DNA from: Alphaproteobacteria bacterium
GTDB taxonomy: Bacteria > Pseudomonadota > Alphaproteobacteria > CASFRQ01 > SAAU01
Assembly (NCBI GenBank): GCA_009929265.1
Contig: SAAU01000002.1
Coordinates: forward strand, 14,668-78,667
DNA: 64,000 nucleotides
Reading direction: 5' to 3'
In this document: positions 9,456 through 18,672 of the stretch, one piece after another
How positions within the stretch are numbered: position 1 is the stretch's first letter
Layout: every line of letters starts with the position of its first letter
Notes under the pieces: generated by a model
What the model was told of the DNA's origin: nothing
Seen by the model: the letters and a program-made list of their open reading frames with translations, nothing else
Databases searched by the model: none
Made by a program: the position numbers and the translations under genes

Positions 9456-11192
9456 ATGAAAAAGATGTTTCATTCTTTGTTTTTGCTTTTCAAAAAAATT
9501 ATTTCTTTTAAGTCATTAAGTAAAAAACTGACTTTTTTCATTACGCTTGCCTTTTTGGTTATGGCGAGTCTCTTTATGACGATTTTTACAGGATTTTATT
9601 CTCGTCAACTGCTTTTCGAATGGAATCAAGCGCAAGAAAAATTAGGACAAATTACAAATCTTCTTTCTCAAAACCGAGTCCTTAAAAGCTATCTTCGAAA
9701 TGAAATAAAGAAACAAAACTTAGTCAAAGATGTCCCTTTAGACATCCTAACGCACCTTGATGACATTCCTGTAAATGAAAATTTTACCACCATTCAATCA
9801 GAAAGCCAGATTCGTTATAAAGCCGTTCAAATGGGTTTTTTCGTTTTAATGCTTTCCTCTTTATTGCTTTTCATTATTTTGATGATACTGCTTATTTTGC
9901 TTAAAAAATACATCCTTATTCCTTTGAATAAAGTTGTCGATATGAGTAAGGAAATTTCCTCAGGGAATTTTAAGGCGCGGATTGATTTGGATAAGCGGGC
10001 TCCAGATGAAATTGACACTTTGGCCTTAAACTTTAACAGAATGGGCGAATCGTTAGAACAAAGTCTAAAAGACTTAGAGGAACGAGATAAATTTCAACAA
10101 GCCCTTATTGACTCCATTCCTGATTCGCTTTGTTTAATTGATAAGACTTACAAAATCCTAACCGTAAACAAAGCTTACTTAGAGCAGATTGGACTTAAAA
10201 ATAAAGAACAGGTTTTGGGTCGAAATTGTTTTGAAATGAATCACAATCGGAAATTGCCTTGTGAACAAACAAAGGTGAAATGCCCCCTCCAAGAAATTAT
10301 GAAAAACAAAAAACCTTTTAAGACTATTCAAAGTTTTTCTCCTTTTCACAAGAAAAACCCTTTTTATGTTGACATCAGCGCTGCCCCCTTAGATTTTTCT
10401 ATTGAAGGCAAAAAGTTTACTTTTGTGGTTGAATCAATTCGGGATTTAACAAAGGATATTCAGTTCTCTCATCAACAAAAAGTTTCTTCTTTAGGCTTTT
10501 TATCAACCAGTATTGCCCATGAAATGCGGAATCCTTTAGGATCTGTGCGTCTGGTGATAGAAGGACTCTTGGACCAAATCGATAAAGGTAAAATTGAAAA
10601 GAAAGAAACTTTGTCTTATCTAAGGCGCGTAAATGAGCAAATTTCCCTTTGTATTGATGTGACGTCTAGACTTTTAAAATTAGCTCGATTTAACAAAAAC
10701 CCCGTAACACAAAAAGTTGATATTCAACAAACTTTGATAGAAACTTTAGGCCTTTTAGATTATGAAGCCAAAAAAAGAGGTGTTTCCATTCTTTTTCATA
10801 AAACAAGAAGAAAGCCTTTTGTGCGAATTGTTGAATCTGACATTCAAATGGTTTTTGTAAACCTTATTCAAAACGCCTTCCATGCTATGAAATCTGATGG
10901 AAAGCTTGAGATTTCTTTTAAACGAAAAAAGGAAAATATTTTAATCGAAATTAAGGATAATGGAGAAGGCATTAAAAAAGAGCTTCTGCCGCGGATTTTT
11001 GAACCCTTTGTTTCCTCCCGCTTAAAAGAAGGCAAGACCGAAAGCGATTTGGGAAGTGGCTTGGGCCTGACCATTGTGCGGAATATTATTCAATCCAACC
11101 AAGGCACCGTTTCTGTTAAAAGTCAAGAAGGGAAAGGCACTTCTTTTACAATTTGTTTGCCTTCATGGCTTGAAGAAGAAACAGATGTCTAG
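9456..11192 (+). CDS. Two-component sensor histidine kinase (two TM helices, HAMP, PAS, HisKA, HATPase_c)
   Basis: It carries a HisKA H-box (STSIAHEMRNPL) and G-boxes (DNGEGI; GSGLGLTIV), with two hydrophobic helices flanking a periplasmic loop. No response regulator gene is adjacent. Confidence 0.8.
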   Translation: MKKMFHSLFLLFKKIISFKSLSKKLTFFITLAFLVMASLFMTIFTGFYSRQLLFEWNQAQEKLGQITNLLSQNRVLKSYLRNEIKKQNLVKDVPLDILTHLDDIPVNENFTTIQSESQIRYKAVQMGFFVLMLSSLLLFIILMILLILLKKYILIPLNKVVDMSKEISSGNFKARIDLDKRAPDEIDTLALNFNRMGESLEQSLKDLEERDKFQQALIDSIPDSLCLIDKTYKILTVNKAYLEQIGLKNKEQVLGRNCFEMNHNRKLPCEQTKVKCPLQEIMKNKKPFKTIQSFSPFHKKNPFYVDISAAPLDFSIEGKKFTFVVESIRDLTKDIQFSHQQKVSSLGFLSTSIAHEMRNPLGSVRLVIEGLLDQIDKGKIEKKETLSYLRRVNEQISLCIDVTSRLLKLARFNKNPVTQKVDIQQTLIETLGLLDYEAKKRGVSILFHKTRRKPFVRIVESDIQMVFVNLIQNAFHAMKSDGKLEISFKRKKENILIEIKDNGEGIKKELLPRIFEPFVSSRLKEGKTESDLGSGLGLTIVRNIIQSNQGTVSVKSQEGKGTSFTICLPSWLEEETDV

Positions 11193-11212
11193 ACCTCGCG
11201 TCTAGCCTTTTT
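11189..11212 (+). terminator. Short hairpin plus T-run at the convergent 3' ends of the kinase gene and the downstream hypothetical gene
   Basis: The sequence is tctagac-ctcgc-gtctag followed by ccttttttgcc. Confidence 0.35.
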
Positions 11213-11947
11213 TGCCAGTATATAATTTTTAACAAACGGGCAAACCTGATCGCTTTTCTTTTCTGCTTTGTAAATAGGGAAAGATTTATACCCCTCTTTT
11301 AAGCACACAATTCTCTCCACAGATGAAACCAAAAGCGGTTTTTTCCCTGTATATTTTACAGCGACCCCTTCTTTGGTAAATTCTTTTTCGCCTTTCATAA
11401 CTTCTTGCAAAAGAGCATTGTAATCCGCTAAAAATTCCTCATTCCTTTTGCAAAGGCGATGACTCATATCCAATAAAGCTATTGTTTCAGATTCCACATT
11501 TCCATAAGAAATATATTGCCCATGATGATCTTCAAGCTCAAGAGCATTATCTCTCTTTTTAAAATGAACAATATGGTGCCTTTCATTTCTATCTTGATAG
11601 ACGTATTTTATATTCTCAACTTCTTCAAAATAACGTTCAAAAAGCTTTTTTACAAGAGGTCTTGCACACTCAAAATCAAATTGCCAAAGGGGATATTTAA
11701 CCTCTTTTTTAGGAACCTTAACGCCAATAATAAACGCCTCTCGTTGACGGAAAATTTCAATCGCTCGGTCTTTTTTAGACATCACAAAGAAACCAGCTTC
11801 TCTATCGTATAATCCTGGCTTCCAAACTTTAGCTCCTTGTCTTAAAAAACTCTTTAAGCATTCCCGCTCTTTTGTGGCGTGAAAAAATTCAAAAGACTCT
11901 GATGAACAAGAATCTTCTTCTCTGTTTTCTAATGCTTTTTCTAACAC
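11189..11947 (-). CDS. Hypothetical protein, 252 aa, no recognisable motif
   Basis: The ORF is well packed. It overlaps the kinase stop by 4 nt in a convergent arrangement. Confidence 0.4.
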   Translation of the reverse strand: MLEKALENREEDSCSSESFEFFHATKERECLKSFLRQGAKVWKPGLYDREAGFFVMSKKDRAIEIFRQREAFIIGVKVPKKEVKYPLWQFDFECARPLVKKLFERYFEEVENIKYVYQDRNERHHIVHFKKRDNALELEDHHGQYISYGNVESETIALLDMSHRLCKRNEEFLADYNALLQEVMKGEKEFTKEGVAVKYTGKKPLLVSSVERIVCLKEGYKSFPIYKAEKKSDQVCPFVKNYILAKKARREV

Positions 11948-12098
11948 GTGAGAGCTCCTTGATTAAAAATTCTTAAAAATATTTTTAATATATTAAAAAA
12001 ACAAAAAAATAAAACGACTGTTTTTAAACACCTCTTTTTATCAAAGAGACCCTTTGTTTAAAAAAGAAAAAGGTTCTTAAAAAAGGACCTTTTTTTAT

Positions 12099-12174
12099 TG
12101 GAGCGGGCAATGGGATTTGAACCCACGACATCAACCTTGGCAAGGTTGCGCTCTACCCCTGAGCTATACCCGCA
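12099..12174 (-). tRNA. tRNA-Gly (anticodon GCC), CCA encoded
   Basis: The reverse complement reads GCGGGTATAGCTCAGGGGTAGAGCGCAACCTTGCCAAGGTTGATGTCGTGGGTTCAAATCCCATTGCCCGCTCCA. The cloverleaf stems are present. The anticodon loop is TTGCCAA. Confidence 0.9.
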
Positions 12175-12312
12175 AAAAACAATGTATGCTTTTTATCTTA
12201 TTTTTTTCAAAAATGCAACCCCTATTTTTCTTGAAAAGAGTTTTTTAAGCCTTTTTCTTGATTTCTGAAAGTTTTCCTCTATGATATTACATAAGGATAA
12301 ATGAGGATTTAA

Positions 12313-14457
12313 ATGAAGCATTTTAAACACTATTTTTGGACTTTTTTCTTTTTTATATTAAGCTCTTCTTTTTTAATGGCCTTGATTTCTTATGACAAAA
12401 AAGATGCTTCTTTTAACACGACTTCAACTCAAGAAATTCAAAACTGGCTTGGAACTTTTGGTTCCTATAGCAGTGATTTTTTACTTCAATTTTTAGGAGT
12501 GTCCGCCTTCTTCCTAACCGCCTATATTGGTTTTATTACTTTAAGAACTCTTCTTCAAAAACCGCTTGTTTTTATGAAAACACGCCTTGTCTTTTTTATT
12601 CTTTTTATTCTTTCTTTTTCAAGCTTTTTAAGTCGAACCACTGAAAACTCTTTTGATTTTTTCAAGGCCAGCTTATCTGGATTTACAGGAATTTATATCA
12701 ACTCCTTCTTCCCTGCATCCCCCCTTTTCACGGTTCTTCTTGCTTTTTTGGGAACCCTCTTTTTTATTTTGGCTTTTCCTCTTTCCTTTTTTAAATTCCA
12801 TTTAACCTGCCTTTCAAAAATTCATGCCCTTTTCCAACGTCTTCTTCCTAAAAAAGCGCCTAAATCTATAAAAGTTGAAAAGAAGACCTCTTCAAGACGC
12901 AAAAAGAAAACCTCGTTGAAAAGAGAAGAACCTATCCGTCCTTTATTAAAAAAGAAAAGTTTTACCTTCCCGTCTGTTTCCCTTTTAAAAGAAGCAAAAG
13001 CTCTTAAAAACGCTTATTCAAAAGAGGCTTTAGAAAAAGCAGCTCAGAAACTTGAGGAAGTCTTTGAAGAATTTGGCGTAGATGGAAAAATTGTTGATTT
13101 TCAACCTGGGCCCGTTGTCACCTTATTTAAATTAGAAATCGCCCCTGGCATCAAATCTTCACGAGTCGTTGGGCTGGCTGATGATATTGCACGGGTGATG
13201 AGCGTCACTTCTGTTCGAATCGCTGTTATTCCAAGAACGTCTCTCATTGGAATTGAGCTTCCTAACGAAAAACGCCAAATCGTTCTATTGCGAGAGTTGA
13301 TTGATACCGAGGATTATAAAGAAAACGAAAAACCGCTTCCTTTGGTTTTAGGAAAAGATATCGGCGGCAATAATGTCTTTGCAGATTTAGCCGCTATGCC
13401 TCATCTGCTTGTTGCAGGAACAACAGGATCTGGAAAATCTGTAGCCATAAATTCGATGATTCTTTCTTTACTCTATCGTTTTTCACCGGAAGAATGCCGC
13501 TTAATTATGATTGATCCTAAGATGTTGGAGCTTTCCGTCTATAATGGCATTCCGCACTTGATGATACCTGTTGTCACAGAGGCCCCAAAGGCCGTTATGG
13601 CGCTAAAATGGGCCGTGCGCGAAATGGAAGATAGATACCGCACAATGAGCGGGCTTGGTGTTCGAAATATTGAAGGCTATAATCTTAAAATCAAACAAAC
13701 TGTGGAGGCGGGAAAAACAATCAATCGCTCTGTTCAAACGGGATTTGACCCCGATACAGGAAAACCCCTTTTTGAAACAGAAGAACTCCCTTTAACGCCT
13801 CTTCCTTATATTGTTATTGTTGTCGATGAAATGGCAGATTTAATGATGGTCGCCGGAAAAGATGTTGAGATCGCTATTCAACGGCTTGCCCAAATGGCAA
13901 GAGCGGCGGGGATTCACCTTATTATGGCCACGCAGCGCCCTTCTGTTGATGTGATTACAGGAACGATTAAATCCAACTTCCCAACACGGATTAGCTTTCA
14001 GGTCACCTCCAAAATCGATAGTCGCACGATCTTAGGTGAACAAGGGGCGGAACAGCTTCTAGGTAAAGGGGATATGCTTTACATGGCGGCAGGACGTCGT
14101 CCAAAACGGGTTCACGGTCCATTCGTTTCGGATGATGAAATTGAAAAAATTGCTTCTTTCTGGAAAGAACAAGGCGGAGAAAACTATATCTCCACCATTA
14201 CCGAGGAAATCTCTTCTCCTTCCTTTGGAAACGCCTCAAATTCAAGCGATTCGTCGGATAAGGATAATGAGCTTTATGATGAAGCCGTTGCTATCGTCTT
14301 AAAAGATAGAAAGGCCTCTACAAGTTATATTCAACGTCAATTGAGGATTGGATATAACAGGGCTGCAAACTTGATTGATAGAATGCAAGATGAAGGCATT
14401 GTTAGTGCTCCCAATTCCGTTGGACGCCGCGAAGTTCTTCCCCCTGATAATTCATAA
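12313..14457 (+). CDS. ftsK: DNA translocase FtsK
   Basis: Four or five N-terminal TM helices and a linker precede Walker A (GTTGSGKSV) and Walker B (VVDEMADLM) motifs. A C-terminal gamma winged-helix follows (RQLRIGYNRAANLIDRMQDEGIV). Confidence 0.9.
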   Translation: MKHFKHYFWTFFFFILSSSFLMALISYDKKDASFNTTSTQEIQNWLGTFGSYSSDFLLQFLGVSAFFLTAYIGFITLRTLLQKPLVFMKTRLVFFILFILSFSSFLSRTTENSFDFFKASLSGFTGIYINSFFPASPLFTVLLAFLGTLFFILAFPLSFFKFHLTCLSKIHALFQRLLPKKAPKSIKVEKKTSSRRKKKTSLKREEPIRPLLKKKSFTFPSVSLLKEAKALKNAYSKEALEKAAQKLEEVFEEFGVDGKIVDFQPGPVVTLFKLEIAPGIKSSRVVGLADDIARVMSVTSVRIAVIPRTSLIGIELPNEKRQIVLLRELIDTEDYKENEKPLPLVLGKDIGGNNVFADLAAMPHLLVAGTTGSGKSVAINSMILSLLYRFSPEECRLIMIDPKMLELSVYNGIPHLMIPVVTEAPKAVMALKWAVREMEDRYRTMSGLGVRNIEGYNLKIKQTVEAGKTINRSVQTGFDPDTGKPLFETEELPLTPLPYIVIVVDEMADLMMVAGKDVEIAIQRLAQMARAAGIHLIMATQRPSVDVITGTIKSNFPTRISFQVTSKIDSRTILGEQGAEQLLGKGDMLYMAAGRRPKRVHGPFVSDDEIEKIASFWKEQGGENYISTITEEISSPSFGNASNSSDSSDKDNELYDEAVAIVLKDRKASTSYIQRQLRIGYNRAANLIDRMQDEGIVSAPNSVGRREVLPPDNS

Positions 14458-14479
14458 CTTTTTTAAGGAATTTTTATTT

Positions 14480-15139
14480 ATGATTAAAAAAACACTTTGT
14501 CTTTTTCTCTTTTCTTTTCTTTTCACCCTTCAAGCAAAAGCCGATGTAAAAGAGGAGCTTAAGACCCCTGAAAACACAAAAATTTTAACTTCTGTTGAAC
14601 ATCTTTTATCTTCCATAAAAACGTTTGAAAGCAATTTTGTGCAATATAACTCTTTAGATGAAGCCCATCTTTTGAATGGCACTTTTTACCTTTCGAGACC
14701 AAACAAAATGCGGTTAATCTATAAACCTCCTGTTCAACTGGAATTTATTGCCGATGGGAACAGTTTGATTTACCTCGATAAATCTCTTGATCAAGCCACG
14801 CACATTCCTTTAAATGAAACTCCTGCAGCTTTGCTTTTAAAGGAAGGGTTCCGCTTTAGCGATCCTGATTTTTTGGTGACGGATGTTCGTTCTGTTTTGG
14901 ATGATTATGAAATTACGGCTGTTAAAAAAGACAATCCGTCTTTGGGAAGCATTACCCTTGTTGTGTCAAAAAACCCTATGAAATTACGGCAATGGGATGT
15001 TGTCGATATGCAAGGGGTTAAAACATCTGTTGCCCTTTACAACATTAAGCAAAACATTCCTGTTGATGAAACTTTATTTAAATTCAAAGATCCACGGATT
15101 AAAAAGAAATTAGGCGCCTTAAATCAAAGAGGAAAATAA
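14480..15139 (+). CDS. lolA: Outer-membrane lipoprotein carrier protein LolA (probable)
   Basis: An SD (aagga) and ATG at 14480 start the signal peptide MIKKTLCLFLFSFLFTLQAKA. The size is about 220 aa and ftsK-lolA synteny is conserved. The ORF track extends the frame upstream to 14375, inside ftsK. Confidence 0.55.
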   Translation: MIKKTLCLFLFSFLFTLQAKADVKEELKTPENTKILTSVEHLLSSIKTFESNFVQYNSLDEAHLLNGTFYLSRPNKMRLIYKPPVQLEFIADGNSLIYLDKSLDQATHIPLNETPAALLLKEGFRFSDPDFLVTDVRSVLDDYEITAVKKDNPSLGSITLVVSKNPMKLRQWDVVDMQGVKTSVALYNIKQNIPVDETLFKFKDPRIKKKLGALNQRGK

Positions 15140-15158
15140 TTTTCTTTGTTTTAACGCT

Positions 15159-15896
15159 TTGAGAAAATTATTTTGGAGGATAGGTTATATGCAAAAGTTC
15201 TTGTTTTTATTTTTCGTTTTTATTCTTCCTTTAAAAGGGTTTTCTCAATACAAATCAGCAGACTCTTATGCGGAAAACATCCCTTTTGAAAGCGTTCAAA
15301 AGAAAACAGACGTCGTCCGTTATCTAAAGGCTTTTACAAAAGATGAGAAAATTCTGACACGTTTAATCGCCTCTTTTATTGTTTTTAATTTTGATGAAAA
15401 TACCTATAAGCTGAGATACGACAAGAGAAAGGAGACCTCTTTTCTGCCTCCCCTCGGAGTCGACTCGGGCGATGTTTTTATCACACGGGTTGGCACTTCT
15501 GATGATTTTGCATCTCTTTTTACAGAACTTGCAACTCTCGCAGGGCTTAAAGCTCAAACAATAACAGGCTATGCCGGTCATCGCATTACATCAAAAAATA
15601 AAAACGATTTGAAGGCCTCTTGGAATGCCGTTTATTTGGAAGATGAATGGCGCCTTTTAGATATAGCTTGGATGATGAAAGGTTCCTCTTTCGGGGCAAC
15701 TTTAAAAAATCTTGTCCAATATCAGGCTGAGTTAGAACGCCGTCAAGATTTGTCTTATTCGATTCGGAATCTTTCTAAAAATAAAAAGATTGATGAAAGA
15801 TACTTTCTTTCGACCCCTTCTTTTATGATAAAAACGCATATTCCTTTGGAAGACAAATGGCAGCTTCTTCCTGTCGCACGATACTTTCCGCTTTAA
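15159..15896 (+). CDS. Secreted transglutaminase-like domain protein with degenerate catalytic residues
   Basis: A signal peptide precedes a core that resembles the transglutaminase-like G-x-C-x-x-FA motif, reading GTSDDFASLFTELATLAGL. The His/Asp region (ASWNAVYLEDEWRLLD) has Ser in place of the expected His. Confidence 0.4.
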   Translation: MRKLFWRIGYMQKFLFLFFVFILPLKGFSQYKSADSYAENIPFESVQKKTDVVRYLKAFTKDEKILTRLIASFIVFNFDENTYKLRYDKRKETSFLPPLGVDSGDVFITRVGTSDDFASLFTELATLAGLKAQTITGYAGHRITSKNKNDLKASWNAVYLEDEWRLLDIAWMMKGSSFGATLKNLVQYQAELERRQDLSYSIRNLSKNKKIDERYFLSTPSFMIKTHIPLEDKWQLLPVARYFPL

Positions 15897-17383
15897 TTAT
15901 TTTTGCGAATCTTTCGAACGCCAGAATTAGCCATTTTTCCAGTCTTTAAGCCAGACCCGATAAGCATGTCTGCGGAATTTTTGGCCCCATCTCCTTTGAC
16001 GATTAATTTTCCTAAATTTTCCGTCGTTTTTAAGATTTTCCAAGAAATGAAAAACCACCCCATTGTCATCATTAAAAATTGAAGATCACCAAGAGCTTTT
16101 TGCCCCATCCCTATTAAAAAGGAGGTAAGCTTTTCTCCATTATCTGATTGTTCAGTTGAAATTGAAGAAACAATATCAAAAATATACGGAGAAATAAACG
16201 TTTCAAATAAGCTTAAAATAACCGGAATCATCGTGGCAAAAGAAATAAATAAAACCAAAGAAGAAAGAAAAATATTCCATCCAATTTGAGCATATTCTCG
16301 TGTTGATTTAAACACATAAGAGACCATCAAAAGCGGCAGTAAAATAACGACAACGCCAATCTTAATAATCGCATCTAAAAAATAAAACGGAATTAAAAAC
16401 ATCATCGCCGTAAAGCAAAAAATCAAAACAACAGCCGGTAAAACATACTTCACCTGAGGGGATTTTTCGTTATCTTCCAAATTCTGCGAGTCACTATTTT
16501 CATCCCAAACAATCTTATTTCCACGAGAATAAGACCACATAATCCGCCCCACAATAAGAGGGGAAACAAACTGTTTGTTAATTCGAGCCACCATACACAA
16601 AATATCACGCTGCATTTTTTGTGAAAAAACATCCGTAGAGCCAAAATCTGTTGAAATGAAATAATCATTTCTACAGTATTCTTCTTCTGGCTTTTCATAA
16701 ACGAAAGAAGGTGTTTTTTTAATCAACTGTTCGGTCAGCAAGTTTTTGTTATAAAATGTATTGGTTTCATCTATAGCGCTTGTATAGGCCAAAGTAGCAC
16801 TTATCGGCGTTGAAACAAGAATGCTAACCGCATTTTGAATTCCTGATGACGTTAAAAAAGAGCCGACAACAAGAGCCAATAACGCTTTTTGAAAAAGGGT
16901 TGAAATAAATTCAATATGATCTGCCGTTCCCAACCTAAAGAAATACAAAATGATTGTCATCAACATCCAAAAAGCCGTTCCCAAAGCTAAAAGTTGAAGC
17001 GTTGGGGTTAGGAGAATATCATTTGTCATCATAGCTACTTGGTTGATAGCAAAAAGGAAAGCTTCCATAATTTTACAGGGCCAACAGGTGTTTAAATCGC
17101 TCAAAAACTCTTTACTTGTTTTTATTTTTTCAGAGCAAATCAGGGTGGCCTTTCCCCCTTGTCTTAAAAAAGTTTCAATTTGACTTCTGTTATAGGAAAG
17201 TCCTTTGCTTGCACATCTTTCAGCAATCTCATCCACTTTTTTATTGATTTGAGTAGAGTAAGACGTGTTTGCCGCCATTTGTTTAAGCTTTGTTAAAATA
17301 TTTGATGTTTTGGCAAAAGAAGGCATTGCTAAAAGAAAAATAAATGAAAAGATGAGGGCTTTTTTATAAAAATTTTTCATCAT
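15893..17383 (-). CDS. VirB6/TrbL-family T4SS inner-membrane protein (rvhB6-like paralog 4)
   Basis: The 496-aa ORF has a signal peptide and at least six TM helices. A CWPC motif precedes the first TM. It is the last of four tandem paralogs, and its 4-bp start overlap with the upstream paralog indicates operon membership. Confidence 0.6.
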   Translation of the reverse strand: MMKNFYKKALIFSFIFLLAMPSFAKTSNILTKLKQMAANTSYSTQINKKVDEIAERCASKGLSYNRSQIETFLRQGGKATLICSEKIKTSKEFLSDLNTCWPCKIMEAFLFAINQVAMMTNDILLTPTLQLLALGTAFWMLMTIILYFFRLGTADHIEFISTLFQKALLALVVGSFLTSSGIQNAVSILVSTPISATLAYTSAIDETNTFYNKNLLTEQLIKKTPSFVYEKPEEEYCRNDYFISTDFGSTDVFSQKMQRDILCMVARINKQFVSPLIVGRIMWSYSRGNKIVWDENSDSQNLEDNEKSPQVKYVLPAVVLIFCFTAMMFLIPFYFLDAIIKIGVVVILLPLLMVSYVFKSTREYAQIGWNIFLSSLVLFISFATMIPVILSLFETFISPYIFDIVSSISTEQSDNGEKLTSFLIGMGQKALGDLQFLMMTMGWFFISWKILKTTENLGKLIVKGDGAKNSADMLIGSGLKTGKMANSGVRKIRKNN

Positions 17384-18645
17384 TTTAAAAACCCTCCGAC
17401 GAAACCAAGTGCTTTCTTTCCAAGAGCAAATCCCACAGCTTTCGCCTTTCCAAAAAATCCCTTAAGGACAGAGCTATCAGGAGCTCCCCCAAAGGATTTA
17501 GACAAAGAAAAGAAAATATTTACCAAAATAAAAATGTAAAGACAGACAGCAAAAACAAGCAAAAATTCCATAGATAAAGCTAAAGCATCTTTAATATACC
17601 CTTCAGAATCTGCGCCCAGAAAAGTATAAATACTCGCTCCATTTCCAACAGAAATATAGCTTAAAACAATCACCACTAAAACTGTAAAAACAGAAAATAA
17701 GAAAATTTGAATCAGCGAGCTGATTAAAAGTTTCCAAGCCTTTATCACCCATTTACTTGTTGCAGGGAAAACCCACGCCACCAAAATAAACGGCAATAGA
17801 GCCAACACCAAACAAGAACGAATCAATCCATCCAGTAAATAGAAAGGAAACACAATCGTTAAAGCCAAAAAGAGGACAAGCACTCCCCCTCCAACAAAGG
17901 CAGATGAAAAAGTATTCTGTGAAAAGATAGCATACCCAAAACTAATTCCTCTTGAGAAAGAAAGCTGAATTTCAAAAATAATAGCTTTCATCATTTCAAC
18001 TAAAGCAGCAGGAAGCATGGAATCGTTCCCTACTCCTCCAAAATGCGTGATTTCAAAGTTTTGTGTCAGCAAATCTATTGTCATATAAGAATTACAGGAA
18101 CTCACTCCAGGGGAGGCCAACACATCCAAGGAGGAAGTCATAAAAGCTTGAAATACAGGCAAAATCAAAGAATTAAAAATCCAAATAAAAAGAGTTTCTG
18201 ATGAAAGAATCAAACTGATAACAAAGGCTTTTAACAGAACGCTTAATATTTTTCGCCAAAAGTCTGTTGGTCGAGGATTCTTAAATTGAGAAATGAAATT
18301 CAAACTGTTAAAAACCAACCAAAAGGCAAGCCCTAAAGCCAAAAGAGTTCGACAATAAGAAGCCAAATTATTAAAAATTAAAAAGGTCAGCTTGCCCACT
18401 GTGTTTAAGACCACTTCATAAAGAGGACAGGCCCAACATTTTTCAAGCAAAGCCTTAAATCCAACCTCTTTAATTTCATTTCCATCGGCATCTTTTACAT
18501 AAGAAACACCACAAGCTTGAAGCGATAGCATCGCTGTAAAAAACAAAAAGACCAACACCATTTTTTTTGAAAAAAGCCCTCTCATTTCTTTTTTGAAAAA
18601 AGAAAAAGCTTTTTGAAAAATTATTTGTGTTGCCTTACAGTTCAT
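17380..18645 (-). CDS. VirB6/TrbL-family T4SS inner-membrane protein (rvhB6-like paralog 3)
   Basis: The 421-aa ORF is polytopic. It has a CWACPLYE motif before the first TM helix. Confidence 0.6.
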   Translation of the reverse strand: MNCKATQIIFQKAFSFFKKEMRGLFSKKMVLVFLFFTAMLSLQACGVSYVKDADGNEIKEVGFKALLEKCWACPLYEVVLNTVGKLTFLIFNNLASYCRTLLALGLAFWLVFNSLNFISQFKNPRPTDFWRKILSVLLKAFVISLILSSETLFIWIFNSLILPVFQAFMTSSLDVLASPGVSSCNSYMTIDLLTQNFEITHFGGVGNDSMLPAALVEMMKAIIFEIQLSFSRGISFGYAIFSQNTFSSAFVGGGVLVLFLALTIVFPFYLLDGLIRSCLVLALLPFILVAWVFPATSKWVIKAWKLLISSLIQIFLFSVFTVLVVIVLSYISVGNGASIYTFLGADSEGYIKDALALSMEFLLVFAVCLYIFILVNIFFSLSKSFGGAPDSSVLKGFFGKAKAVGFALGKKALGFVGGFLK

Positions 18646-18672
18646 TTTCTATTCCTTTGGAATCAAAGAGTT

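Noticed and set aside
14375-14479. Upstream extension of lolA ORF into ftsK (MIECKMKALL...)
   Set aside because: An internal ATG at 14480 has an SD and starts a proper signal peptide. The extension overlaps the ftsK coding sequence and lacks signal-peptide logic.
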